Shown here: in pieces, positions 1 to 11,156 of the stretch
How the letters are laid out: every line of letters starts with the position of its first letter
How positions within the stretch are numbered: position 1 is the first letter of the stretch
Made by a program: the position numbers and the translations under genes
DNA from: Lingula anatina
Taxonomy: Eukaryota; Animalia; Brachiopoda
Direction: 5' to 3'
Assembly (NCBI GenBank): GCA_051362555.1
Contig: CM120646.1
Location: 21,142,001 to 21,206,000 of the forward strand
Length of the DNA: 64,000 nt
The notes under the pieces: generated by a model
What the model was told of the DNA's origin: nothing
The model's input: the letters and a program-made list of their open reading frames with translations, nothing else
Database searches by the model: none

Positions 1-410
1 ATTTTGGTGTAAAAATGGAAGGGTTGTGATTTTAATGGCTGAGGTCTGCCTCTCTTCCTCTTCACACCTGTGCGATTGTAGATCTGTTCTTTTAATTTTA
101 AGGTAAAAAAAATTTTTTTCTTGGGACGAGACACTACCTGGGGTTCAAATTATGCATTCACACGAAGTTATCAACCGTTTGTATAAAAGACAAGACCATG
201 TAACCACTAGATTTCCTGTCCAACAAAGTTTTTTAATATCGGATGTTTCCTCCCAGAAAACTTAAAAATTTTATACTTATCAAACATGGGATAAGTTATA
301 GTGTAACCTGCATTCAAGAAAATTAAATGAACAAAATTATACGCTCCGTTTTTTTCAATGGGATCACTGGTATTTATATGTATCATAATCTTTTTAATTC
401 CTCTTTCCAG

Positions 411-554
411 GAGAACACTGGCAAATGGGGCAAGACTGTCATCGCCATCGACACAGAGAAACCCCAGCGGCTGCCCATCATGGATATAGCTGTGAGGGAC
501 GTCGGCAGAGGAAAGGCTTTCGGGCTGGAAATCGGACAAGTCTGCTTCTCATAA
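411..554 (+). CDS. Last coding exon of a fibrillar collagen alpha chain (end of COLFI C-propeptide); rest of gene lies upstream of the window
   Basis: Polypyrimidine acceptor ttttaattcctctttccag|411; encodes ENTGKWGKTVIAIDTEKPQRLPIMDIAVRDVGRGKAFGLEIGQVCFS*, matching the COLFI terminus pattern TGxWGKTVI...RLPIxD.A..DvG....FGxxxGxVCF*; AATAAA at 641. Confidence 0.92.
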   Translation, partial: ENTGKWGKTVIAIDTEKPQRLPIMDIAVRDVGRGKAFGLEIGQVCFS

Positions 555-1131
555 CCTATCTCTACAATCATGCATTTATAAGTTTTAGATGATGACGCCA
601 ACGATCGGAAAGACTTGAATCAATTGAAAAAATTTAAAAAAATAAAAGGAAAGAAAAGATGTAAACGAAAAACCTCCCATTTCGTGAGGGTCGGATATGT
701 AATACTATGAAAAGTATGAGATATTGTAGAATTGTTCTTATTATTATTTTATGCTCGTTGTGTATGCCTAGCTCTATGCCAAGATGTAATTAAGTAATTT
801 TGTTTCTGCCTGTTGATTCAAGGGACGCTGTTGTCATGGAAACAAGGCCCCTTGGGATCAGAACCCCAGCCACCTTACGGCCCCCTAAGGGTCTGCTGAG
901 GTGGTGGGGAAAACCCAATTCCAAATCTCACACACGCTGTCTTTCCAAACTTGTACATTTCGTAACATTAGACTTACCATCTTAAGTAGACAGCGGCATT
1001 ATTTAAAGGTATAGTGCTGTATAGATTTTGGTCTTAGGGGGCCTTTCAACTAGCATATGCGATTCCCTGAAACTTACTAGTATGCACTTCACAAAGAAAA
1101 AAAGACTAGAGACTTAAACTCATGTGTCAAG

Positions 1132-1763
1132 TGTAATGTGATATGGAGCTCCCTACTGCCACGACAGCTACATACTGCCATGACGTAGGCTGCGGGGGAG
1201 GCTAATCAGGTCACGTGTCCAGGGCCAGAGGTCGAGGTCAAATGGTGTCAAGGTCAATGAGTTAATATCCCACTGTGTAATTTTGTATAACGTAGCTGTA
1301 GATTGTTCCGTCTGTACGAAACCAGTTCTGTTTAAGATCAATTGAGGACATGAACACTATCAGTAAAGACTGCGAAATTAGCTGTGAACTGGCTCTAGAA
1401 TGGCAAACGGGAGACAACTGGCTCGAGATATGTGATCTTGTGAGGCCTTGGCCTGCAGTTCTATGATGTAGATATGATAATAATGCATTTACAATATTAT
1501 TTTTATTAACACTGCCCTGATTTCATAATGGTGCTGAATTTGTAAAGAGAATTGCTATGGGAACAGGCTACTTCCGGTGCCTGGTCTGCCTGCTGTATAA
1601 TACAGTGGGGGTTTATGGAAGCATGATTGTAGTCGCATGTCATGCCACTGCAATAAAGATGAACTGGATCTGAAACTGGTGTTGTTTTTTATTCATTTCT
1701 TGTTGAGATTTTTCAACCCATTTATTGATAGCCGTTCACGAATCCACAAATTTCCGCAGTCCA
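1132..1763 (+). mobile_element. Solo LTR of an LTR retrotransposon (632 bp)
   Basis: Begins TG (1132), ends CA (1762-1763), flanked by identical 5-bp TSD TCAAG (1127-1131 and 1764-1768); internal TATA-like TATAAT (~1596) and AATAAA (1652) in U3-R-U5 order. Confidence 0.7.
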
Positions 1764-1895
1764 TCAAGCATAATATGAATTTGATTGAAAACTGGAAACG
1801 AGTTTAAATAACAGTTGAGTGAACACTTTATTCATAAATATCGGTTGATTACAAGTGGACAGAGCACCATTTTATGCATAGGCCACGGCCAACAA

Positions 1896-1926
<31 letters not shown>

Positions 1927-3027
1927 GACGCAGTTATTGCCCGACTTTTTGGAATATGTCACGTGTACATGTATATATCTGAATAAGCATACAGTCTCCA
2001 CTAGGCCTGGCGGTGTGTTCCCTAAAGCTATTATAGATTTTTATCGGGAAACCACTGTAGCAGTATATAAAGCGTACATAAAAATCACAGTAAGGTACAA
2101 CAGTAATAATCCATGTATAAACGAGTCCCAGCGATAAACAAAACATAGCCCCGGGCCCCATGTATCCTGCCCTCCAGTGTTGATAAATTCATGGTGAAAT
2201 TTTTAATCTGAATAACACTAACGCGATTAATAAAGATAGAAAGAATCTGTTGTTTCATGAATATATTAAAACTAGATTTAAAACTAGACGACACCATGCC
2301 ATTTGGCTCACCTTTCGAAATTGCGAACTTTAATGCAGTCGTTATATTGTAAACGTGGGTCATATCGTTACCATAAATAAGCTCTTTATTTGTGTCAAGT
2401 ATGAATTTATAAATTTGTACGGCAATCTTCATCGTCTAACTTCATTCACTCGTAATCTCTGGACAAAATACATGTATATTGGAAGTGTCTTTTTTACACA
2501 GTTTGTGAAATGTTTATACAGTGTAGGCCTCCATGGATATATTGCGACATGTTCCATTCAGCTGAGGCAGATCGTGGCCTCTCCATAGGCGTGGGAGTCC
2601 TTAGTGAGACTAGGGGGTACGCTTCCAACCTCCCAACCCCAGACCCCTTTATCAATCACGCCAGCCATTAGCGCAAAACTCAGGAGGATAAAGACCCTTG
2701 TCCACTGATTTGAGCCAAATGTATACTTAATAAGTCATTAAAATGTTACATTAAACCCAAATAGTAATTGTATTTCGCTGGATGGTTCCCCCACCGTCTT
2801 GATAAATCTGCCTTCGGCATGTGCAACTCTTTCCTATAAAAAAGGAAACAATTCTCAGCGCTTTCCCATGCTTGGGGAGTCTCTAGTTGTGCAATCTCAT
2901 CTGCAAGTAATTCTAGCACCTCCATTGCCGTTATTGTTCATAAATTCGCCGTTCATTTTTATCACTATACATAATATATGACTATATAAATCCCTGGCGT
3001 CTCTGTCACCTGTAGTGAAATGGGTTT

Positions 3028-3372
3028 CTAGCTCATTACCCTGTTATTTAGATGCAAAGTCGCACCGGTACTGTTGGCGGATGATACCAACGCTCGAACA
3101 TTTCTTACCGCTGTTTTGTTGCCGGGAGAGACTGTCTCAACTATGGGCGAATTCACAACGGCGATCTTGACCAATGACACGTTAGTCGACTCCTCGAAAG
3201 TGACTTTCCGAATTTTTAGCCGTTTACTGAAGGGGTTAGCGCTGGTGTGTGAAAATAAATACAGGAGACCCACGATGACAACTATCAAGAGGAAGACGTG
3301 TATTTTGGCGCCCCTATAGGGTAGGCTCGGGACCCTGGTGCTGGTATATCGATAGTCTTCATTATAGTCCAT
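3028..3372 (-). CDS. Putative type II membrane protein N-terminal exon or small ORF, product unknown
   Basis: Acceptor cagcatttccacag| before 3443; ATG at 3372 gives MDYNEDYRY...KIHVFLLIVVIVGLLYLFS (single TM) then a Ser/Thr/Val-rich stem with NVS, NKT, NST sequons; possible donor AGG|GTAATG after 3040, otherwise stop at 3028. No catalytic exon recognised downstream. Confidence 0.4.
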   Translation of the reverse strand: MDYNEDYRYTSTRVPSLPYRGAKIHVFLLIVVIVGLLYLFSHTSANPFSKRLKIRKVTFEESTNVSLVKIAVVNSPIVETVSPGNKTAVRNVRALVSSANSTGATLHLNNRVMS

Positions 3373-4860
3373 TGCGCCTCGGTGACGGGAACAGTTCAAT
3401 GCACCTGTGTCCCACGGGAACTGACACCACGCCCAAGTTACCCCTGTGGAAATGCTGAATAATAAATCCGATATTTATGACGCTATAGCTCCTGGAAAAT
3501 GTTTGTTCATATAAAAGGCAAATGCAAGACCTGTGTTAGAATAATCCAGACCAATTTAGTGGATTTTTATGGAAATTCCTCGCTAATACAACTAACTATT
3601 ATTCATTGTACCTGCTGCGCTATGTCCCTGTGTTGCTACCAGTACGTTACCACGTCTAAAAACGGACACCCTTGTGCAAAACCACGGTCCTCAAAAAGGA
3701 GCCGTTGCCTCTGTCACTTTAAACTGAAAACGTTTCTTTCAGGCAGAAGCATCAGCATCACTCTGCCGACATTGGCTTTTTGCTGTATATGATATGTATG
3801 TACTTATACCTTGTGAGTTCTATGCAGGTTTCATAAAATATTTATGTTCATATTGCACATCTTGTCACAGGTTGACAGTTACAGTTTGATGTCCTCCATG
3901 TATTTACTGCTCTACACTGTAGAATTACATGAAAATAGGACACAGTGGAAACTCGAGGACTGCGTATGCATACGTGACCCCTAACTGTGTAGGCCTATTA
4001 CCCGAAGATTTTCAACATTATCTTATTACTGCCTCACTTCTCACTACTCCCACGCATATTCTTTTTTCAATTTTTCGATTTTGCTTTAATCTTTTTCTCT
4101 CTAACTTTTACCCTTCTTCCATCCCCCTTCTCTTTGCCCTCCATCTTATCCCTTTACTATTCTAGGCTACAGCCTCCTCTCTGCCTAACCTGCACTTTAA
4201 CCTCCTTTTTGTTATCAGATGACTCTAAAATACACTGTAGTACACAAATTTTAAGCACTAGCCCCTGAATCAGATCGTCTCCAATGCCCGCCGGATACAA
4301 TGATTTTGTATAACAAATTCTACTACCAGCGGTCACCAGAAAGCATCTTTAACCAAGGAAATGGATGAAATTCTTTGCTTTAACCTTATCTACACGTAAT
4401 TAAGATGATACGATAAGTTCTTCGTTCCTCTATCTGCATCAATTAGTAAATTGGACTGCACTAATTATCTTCAAACTTGAGATAATTGGTCACAAAACAC
4501 GTGCATGTGCGTATCAAAAAGAGAATCTTAGAGAATGAAAATATAAAAATATTACTGACCAGTGCTATATGAATCGTTGCCTTTTGAGTAATAACGTTTT
4601 GCGTTGCGTGCGTACGTTTAATTATATACAGTATAAGATAAAAGAGGCCTTCGCGTTTTGTTTCCGATATCCACGGCATTTTAATTTCCAAACCACCTCT
4701 TTAAAAGCAGGAGGAGTAATGCAAGAAAAATCTTTCTTCTTCGCACAAAAGTGTACATATTAGGAAAGGTCGTAAGCCTTGTAGTAACACATTTGTCTTG
4801 ATAAAGGAGGCTGGCCAAGCTTTTGGCCTATCTCCTCTCCCCCATCCCCCGCAACACAGC

Positions 4861-4934
4861 GGCTCTATGGCTTAGTTGGTTAAAGCGCCTGTCTAGTAAA
4901 CAGGAGATCCTGGGTTCGAATCCCAGTAGGGCCT
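4861..4934 (+). tRNA. tRNA-Thr (anticodon AGT)
   Basis: GGCTCTA...TAGGGCC acceptor stem, A-box TGGCTTAGTTGG, anticodon arm CCTGT-CTAGTAA-ACAGG, B-box GGTTCGAATCC, followed by a TTTT Pol III terminator. Confidence 0.97.
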
Positions 4935-5503
4935 TCATTTTCTTCCTCTGTAATCAACAATGTCGTGATATGAAGATATATCTTCAAACTTGTAGTATTA
5001 CTGGGAAACGTGATAAATCGATGAACACCTCGTCCCCAATAGATATTCTCAGTTTTTCTATTTTAACTTTAAAATGTATTTCAAACTAAAAATTAACACA
5101 CATACATGCACACATATACACTGTAAAAACAAATAACAATAACGGTATTCAACAATACGCCTTTTATTTGAAAATACATTTGTGTGATTTGAACAACCAT
5201 CATCTATCTTAAACCTGTGCGAGTTTCACGTCTAGAATGCCCCGGTTCGTTTCGCTTTTGCAAAATATGATCTTAGGTGTGCGCAAACATTCTTTTTACT
5301 TCTAGATTTGTGAAGAGAACAGTCTTGTTTTTGTTACTTTTTCTCCTGGCATCGTTAAAATCTTTCATGTATTTTCAGACAACTCCACAGCTGTTAGCGA
5401 AAACCTACGTCTTTGAAAGGCAAGTGATGCTGTTAAGGTCTTAAATTGTGCTCTTCACGAGTAAATCTTTCACAGGCTTTGGCGCGAGAGATTGTTTTTC
5501 TTC

Positions 5504-6926
5504 TTACAATTTCCCCTTGTACTTGTGATCCTCAACCTTAATGTGCTGTACCAACCTGAAAGAAGAAATCGGATATACATTATCATTAACTGATGATCCA
5601 CATAGAGTAAGCACCTTTTTACTCGATGTTAAAAGGGGCCAAGAACGTATGATGGTTTCGATTGAGCTATCGCCAGCAAAGCGCGAGGAGAAAACACATT
5701 GAATTTTGATTGCTTCTACGTATCTCAACTAACGCACTCACCAGTCCTTGCAGAATAGAAGGTCAGCGTCTGAGATGGGGCATTTTATGGCAGCGAGGAC
5801 GGCCAAGAACTTGTCATGCATGATCTTATGTCTGGCGAAACCAGGGAGTTTTACTTTGACCATCATACCCTATCAAAGCAAAGTAAATAAATAAAAATAC
5901 AACAAATATGGTATTACAATTAAATGTTCTAATTTCAATCGCATAGGAGACTCCGCCTTCAGTTTCAGATTCAAAAGATAAGAAAATGAATACATTACAA
6001 GGGGGGGTCTCCCTATATTCCAACACAACTTTACGCATGAAAATTAAGTTTCAAATTTTATAAAAGTCAGTCACAATAGACGGAATATTGAGTTTTATAA
6101 GAGTATATCTGGCTAAAGACGTCAAAACTCCTCACCTCCTCGTCAGAGAAGTGGTTTGCGGACACGGACTGCAGGTTGCCGAGGGCGCCTTGGTCTCTCT
6201 TAGAGGCACAGTTGAAGACGGCATCGAAAAGCGCTTTGTGCTCATCGTCCAAGTTCTTGTACTAAAAAAGAAACAACAATTAAGGACATCCTAGATAATG
6301 TTCTCGATGAGAAATACCACAGATATCCATGCGTGTGGTGGCCTAGTATTGAAAAATTAAATATGTATTTATCTTGATTTTTGGACGGACCTGATAGTAT
6401 TAAAGAAAGAAGAATGAATTTTAATTCATACAATATTGTATAATGCGTATAACTGTATAGTCTAAACAAGCCATTCTGCTTTTTGACATGCTGATGTGCC
6501 ACCCCTTTCAACACCGACGCAATGGTTGAAGCCACGTGAGCACATACAAATAAATATCTACTTGAGGTCTTCACGGGTAAAAAATAGCTGCCATCATTAA
6601 AAATTTCATAAAATTTCATCATTAAAAATGTCATAAAAACAATGGACTATTGCAAAGTTGTCATTTTCTAACAGATCAGTTGAACTCGTCCTTGTTCCTG
6701 CAATCTGGGAACGTTACTACCAAAGCGGCTCATACTTACGAAAATTACGAAGGGTTCGTAATCTGGAAATGCTATTACTGGTACCACAAATTTCCAAAAT
6801 TGTACTTACGAAAACGGCGAAGGATTTGTTATCTGGAAACGCTACTTCCAAAAATATCTAACTAATACTTACAAAAACAGCGAAGGAATCGTCCCATTTG
6901 AATGGTTCTGGAAGTGCGAAAGCCAT
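5504..6926 (-). CDS. Hemerythrin (myohemerythrin-type), 119 aa, 4 exons
   Basis: Exons 6926-6873, 6261-6136, 5869-5742, 5555-5504 with GT-AG introns and consistent phases (0,0,2) give [119 protein letters not shown]. All di-iron ligands (H...HxxxE...HxxxH...HxxxxD) and the KYKGKL terminus are present; minus-strand AATAAA at 5168-5163. Confidence 0.95.
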
Positions 6927-7047
6927 GGCGATGTTGGATATCTTTTGACAGAAACGTGAAAAAACTTTCTAAGAACTTTAGACAGGAGTACTGAGCTTCC
7001 CTGAACCCGAATTACTCTAAAAGTTACTGTCCACTGAAAAATCCGAG

Positions 7048-7069
7048 TTTATATAGCCGGGAATACGTG
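7048..7069 (-). promoter_or_regulatory. Hemerythrin core promoter: TATA box with adjacent ACGTG (HRE-like) core
   Basis: Minus-strand TATATAAA at 7055-7048, ~125 nt upstream of the ATG; ACGTG at 7065-7069. Confidence 0.6.
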
Positions 7070-8518
7070 GGCATGCAAAAAAGATTTATACATTGTAAAT
7101 GGGAAACGATTAACCGAATTAATGGTATGCGGTAAAGAGAATTACCGGTCCTTGAAGGTCATATAAATTGTCCAGAAAAATCAAGCCTAAACACTATAAT
7201 GAAGTACCAGAATTTAACCGTGTGATAACATCATAGAAAACAAATAAGGAGACCCATGTCGACATATTTACTTATTTCATTTGAATTTATTAATCAAGTT
7301 AGATAGCTGTTGAGGTAGCGTTGAGTTTCCAACAAAGGGCTGCAGCGGTCAATGTTAACAGGACCATCAATCTGCGTTATTTATTTGGTCTACGTGAAAG
7401 ATCGCAGTCAATAGACCGTCCAGCTGTGGCGAAGTCCATCTTTTTTACGGTTACTGGTCGAGGATCGATTTATTGATAATGGCAACAATATGCTAGCACA
7501 GGTGCTCTTCGCGCAATATTGGTCATTCGAGGAGGGAAACGGTCAATAGATCTTGGACCTAACGCAGCAGATAGACAAATATACAGTGTTCATGTGTCTA
7601 CCCTTTTGAACTGGTGTGAGTAAGGGCACGTGTAAGGTCATTAAACTTTTCTTACTTTTTGACCTTCGGTCACTTCTAAGCATTAAGTATTGAGTGGGAA
7701 AAAATAAGATAGCTTTTATTCTGTTATGTTTGTATTATGTTTCAGATGAAGTTATTTACATTTTATTTGATTTCCGTAACGAATATTGGATTTTAAAAGG
7801 AGTCAAAATCAATCCACCGTTTATTCACAGAAAAGAAAAGTAAACTTGATTGAAAGAAAAAAAAATCCGCCACCTTTTGGTGCATGTTTTTATCACCGGT
7901 CACTCATTAGTATTTCACACTATGAAGTTAACTTACAGTTATATATCTTACCACCCTCTCTCTCTCTCTTCATTTATCTTGTACACAGATAACATTATTA
8001 TTTATTTCTTTTGGCACAAAAATGCAATTTTTTAGCAGAAATAGCAAATTAAATACAAACCGCCTTTACGTATACATTAAATGGGTACCGGGTATTCAAA
8101 AAGAAAATAAACTAAATATAAAACGGTAGAAATCCAACAAATAAACAAACAATGTATTTTTTATTAGGTTGGCATTGTGATGATAGCGAATTTCAAGCTG
8201 GAGATAACCAAATATGGAAGTGCCGAGGTTAAAGTCCCAGAATGTAAAAGGTTATGTATTAACCTATTAAAGTACTCCCAGTAATCCCCAGACTCCGGCC
8301 ATAGATTTCCTACAGAGGTACCTTCACCAGATTTATGTATAGGCTGGTCCACTTGGGTTGAAATATTACGATGTGGCCATGGAAATTTCCAGACAGAAGA
8401 GTGAGTAGGGTATTTCAGCACACACGGCAATTGACGTACGGCAAAAGTGTCCAGAAGGAAGGGGCATTAGCCTATTTCTTTTTCTAAAACAGAAATTGCG
8501 AATGTGAGACTTTAGGTG

Positions 8519-8735
8519 CTTTCCCAGAGATTTAGATCGATCTAAAGATTAAGTTTTAGATCGACCTAACTCCCTGGGGGTTCACGCTAAATTGCAGTCA
8601 GCCGAGCTGGCACCATAGTTAATTACCCCCTTACAGCTTTTAGTAGGCGGAACAGACGCTTTACCCGGCCAAGCTGACAGTAATCTAGTGAGACTCCCCA
8701 CAGGGATAGATCGATCTAAAAATCTATGGAAATGG
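8519..8735. mobile_element. Small MITE-like element with terminal inverted repeats
   Basis: tttcccagagatttagatcgatcta ... tagatcgatctaaaaatctatggaaa are imperfect inverted repeats; a similar-looking palindromic element lies at ~61075-61325. Confidence 0.5.
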
Positions 8736-10654
8736 GTGTTTGAAAGTGTGGGTGTTTGCGTTTAACCGGCATGAAACATTTTCCCCGAATTACGGACCAG
8801 TTTTGGTCATCTTCAACTCTTTCATGCATTCAAGGCATTGAACCCAAAAGCGCTCTCCAGAACATATGTTAATTTCTTTGTACAAGCACATAAAAATAAC
8901 AATAATCTCGGATTTCGTAGTGTTCTTTTTTTTTAATATTTGAGTAAAGCCTGCTACATGTATTTAACAAAGCACGTACTTTGTATTATGGCTATGCAAT
9001 TGAAATCAATTACACAAACGCCATATGCCTTTAAATACAACCCCCCAATGCCACTAAGGGGACATCCATTAAAAAAAATGTTAAAAATTAATTTCACGAG
9101 TCTTCAGAGAGTAGGGCCTATTCTTTATCCAGACCCCCACTCCCCCCCCCCCCCCCCAAAAAAAAAAAAATTAATAATAATAAATAAGAGCATACATGTA
9201 CAAGGCGAAAAGCTAAAAATGCCGATCTTTGTGTGCAATTTGGATTATCATTTTTTATTTTTCGCCAGCAAACAGACAACACTACCCCCCCCCCCCCCCC
9301 CACATCAAATTGTTTGTAGACGTGAAAATGTTGATAAAGTGGGTGACTCTTATAGAGAATAAAAGGTTATCCTCCCCAGTCTCAGATTCTGATAACTGAC
9401 CTATACCGCCAGCATGTCTCTACAGTTTCCAGTACGCATTCATACGTACGTACCTCTGAAACACTGAGAGACTCATGTTCTAGTACTTCAGCAACCTAAA
9501 ACGCAGCTGTGTTGGATACAATTACGACGGAGAGGAGAAACACAAAAATCAGTCTGTTTTGTCTACCAGTTGATAGGCCCTGCTACCCTCTACCAGGGTC
9601 ACAGAGAAGATTTTTCTTAGATATTCACTGATATTTCTTTGACCATTCACCGGCTGTACATTTTTAACACAACAACTGTGGTCTCTCGCAGAGAGTAACA
9701 TGTGCGGAACGTGCATTGTGATGGCGGAGACAATCTTCGTCTTCTCTAACACATTCAAGGAATCCTCGAGTCTGTTGCGCTGCTAGAGTGGATTGACAAT
9801 ATATGTTACTAATGACCAGTGATAAACGATTTGACCAGAAGTGTACTTTTCATTATTTCCTGAATAACTTTGGCACAATCAAATTCATCCTTTATGCTCA
9901 AAAATATATGAAAAGATGCATTCTTCGTGAAAACCGGGTACCCAGAGAATAAAAATCGCCATTACTGTCTAGTGAAACCGGGCCCACATCACATCTGTCA
10001 GGATGTTGAAATTGCCTTGAAGATTTTACCATATGCTGCGTTTGATTTACGCCTATATTTCTTTTATTTTTACTTGATGGGCTAAAGTGTTAAATCTGAG
10101 TTAGAGGTTAAAATGTTGAAATTGTTCAGATTTTGTAGAAGTTTTTAAAAAGTTTTAGAAAAAAATAATGTCACATGATATGTTTCAATGCTCTCATTGG
10201 CGTGCTACTAGTAGTAATAAAGGTGGATATACATAGGCCTTCGCTTTAATATGGTTATTTTTAAAATTGTAATTTAATTTGATGAAAATGAAAACGCCCT
10301 TTTAAGTGAACTTTACATTGGATGACATTTCCGGTTGAATCTCAGTGAGTTAGGCCTAATAATCGCTATATGAAAATAGCTTTTAATGTCCGAAATCTCA
10401 GGATTCTTATATTTTTTAGAATTCTGCTAGTCATATTGACAGAATTTTTTTTACTAGAATATTACCCTTCTAATTTAGACAATTACAATAAGTGCTAAAT
10501 TAGGACCGGAAGCACTATTTAAAATAAAGTATAATTGCTGTTCAATATGTGAAATCCAACAGTGCGGCGTACTCGTGAGTCACTTGGAAAGTTTGAAGCT
10601 TATACAATGTGATTAGTAACTTACATGTACAATACTTTTCCTCTTCGCCAGGAA

Positions 10655-10706
<52 letters not shown>

Positions 10707-10899
10707 TCTCTGTCTCTAAATCCGCTGCTTTCCCTTTGTTAAATTCTTGTGAACTTAAACCGACTCCGAACTGATCTGACTATTTAGACAAATTTAACTC
10801 GTTCAGGTTATACGTCCATTTTCCGCAATGCATTGTACGAGAATAAAGGGCCCATTCAGCTTTAGGCTGGAGTATTTGATCAGTTGAGCCGGAGATTGA

Positions 10900-11156
10900 C
10901 GCGCGTGTAGTCAAGCGCAATAATAAGCACACAGAATCAATGGATACCATCGCCGTTGCTAGGAACAATGGCAGCTCATGAATATGTATCTGGACGTGAC
11001 ACAAAAGGTGCGCAAATAAATGTGCCCAACAGCGCGCCAGAACGAGGCCGGCACCGACTCCATATTGCTCTTCTGTTTATGCGTTGCTCAGGAAAGGAGC
11101 TCACGACAAGGAAAGATTTGTCACCGTTTCTGGAGTATTTTCCACAGTTTGGCGCG
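10900..11156 (+). promoter_or_regulatory. Probable promoter and first exon of the DCLK3-like gene, with RFX X-box-like site
   Basis: Locally CpG-rich; GTTGCTAGGAAC at 10955-10966; strong donor GCG|GTGAGT at 11156/11157. Link to the DCLK gene is inferred from orientation and position. Confidence 0.5.

Noticed and set aside
207-601. Minus-strand ORFs 207-539 and 383-601
   Set aside because: Antisense shadows of the collagen COLFI exon; no independent protein features.
1880-2580. Possible MITE bounded by AGGCCACG...CGTGGCCT
   Set aside because: Only 8 bp of inverted match and no TSD; too weak to call.
7025-7045. CAGTG in the hemerythrin 5' region as an iron-responsive element
   Set aside because: Flanks do not form the 5-bp upper stem with bulged C; more likely near the initiator.
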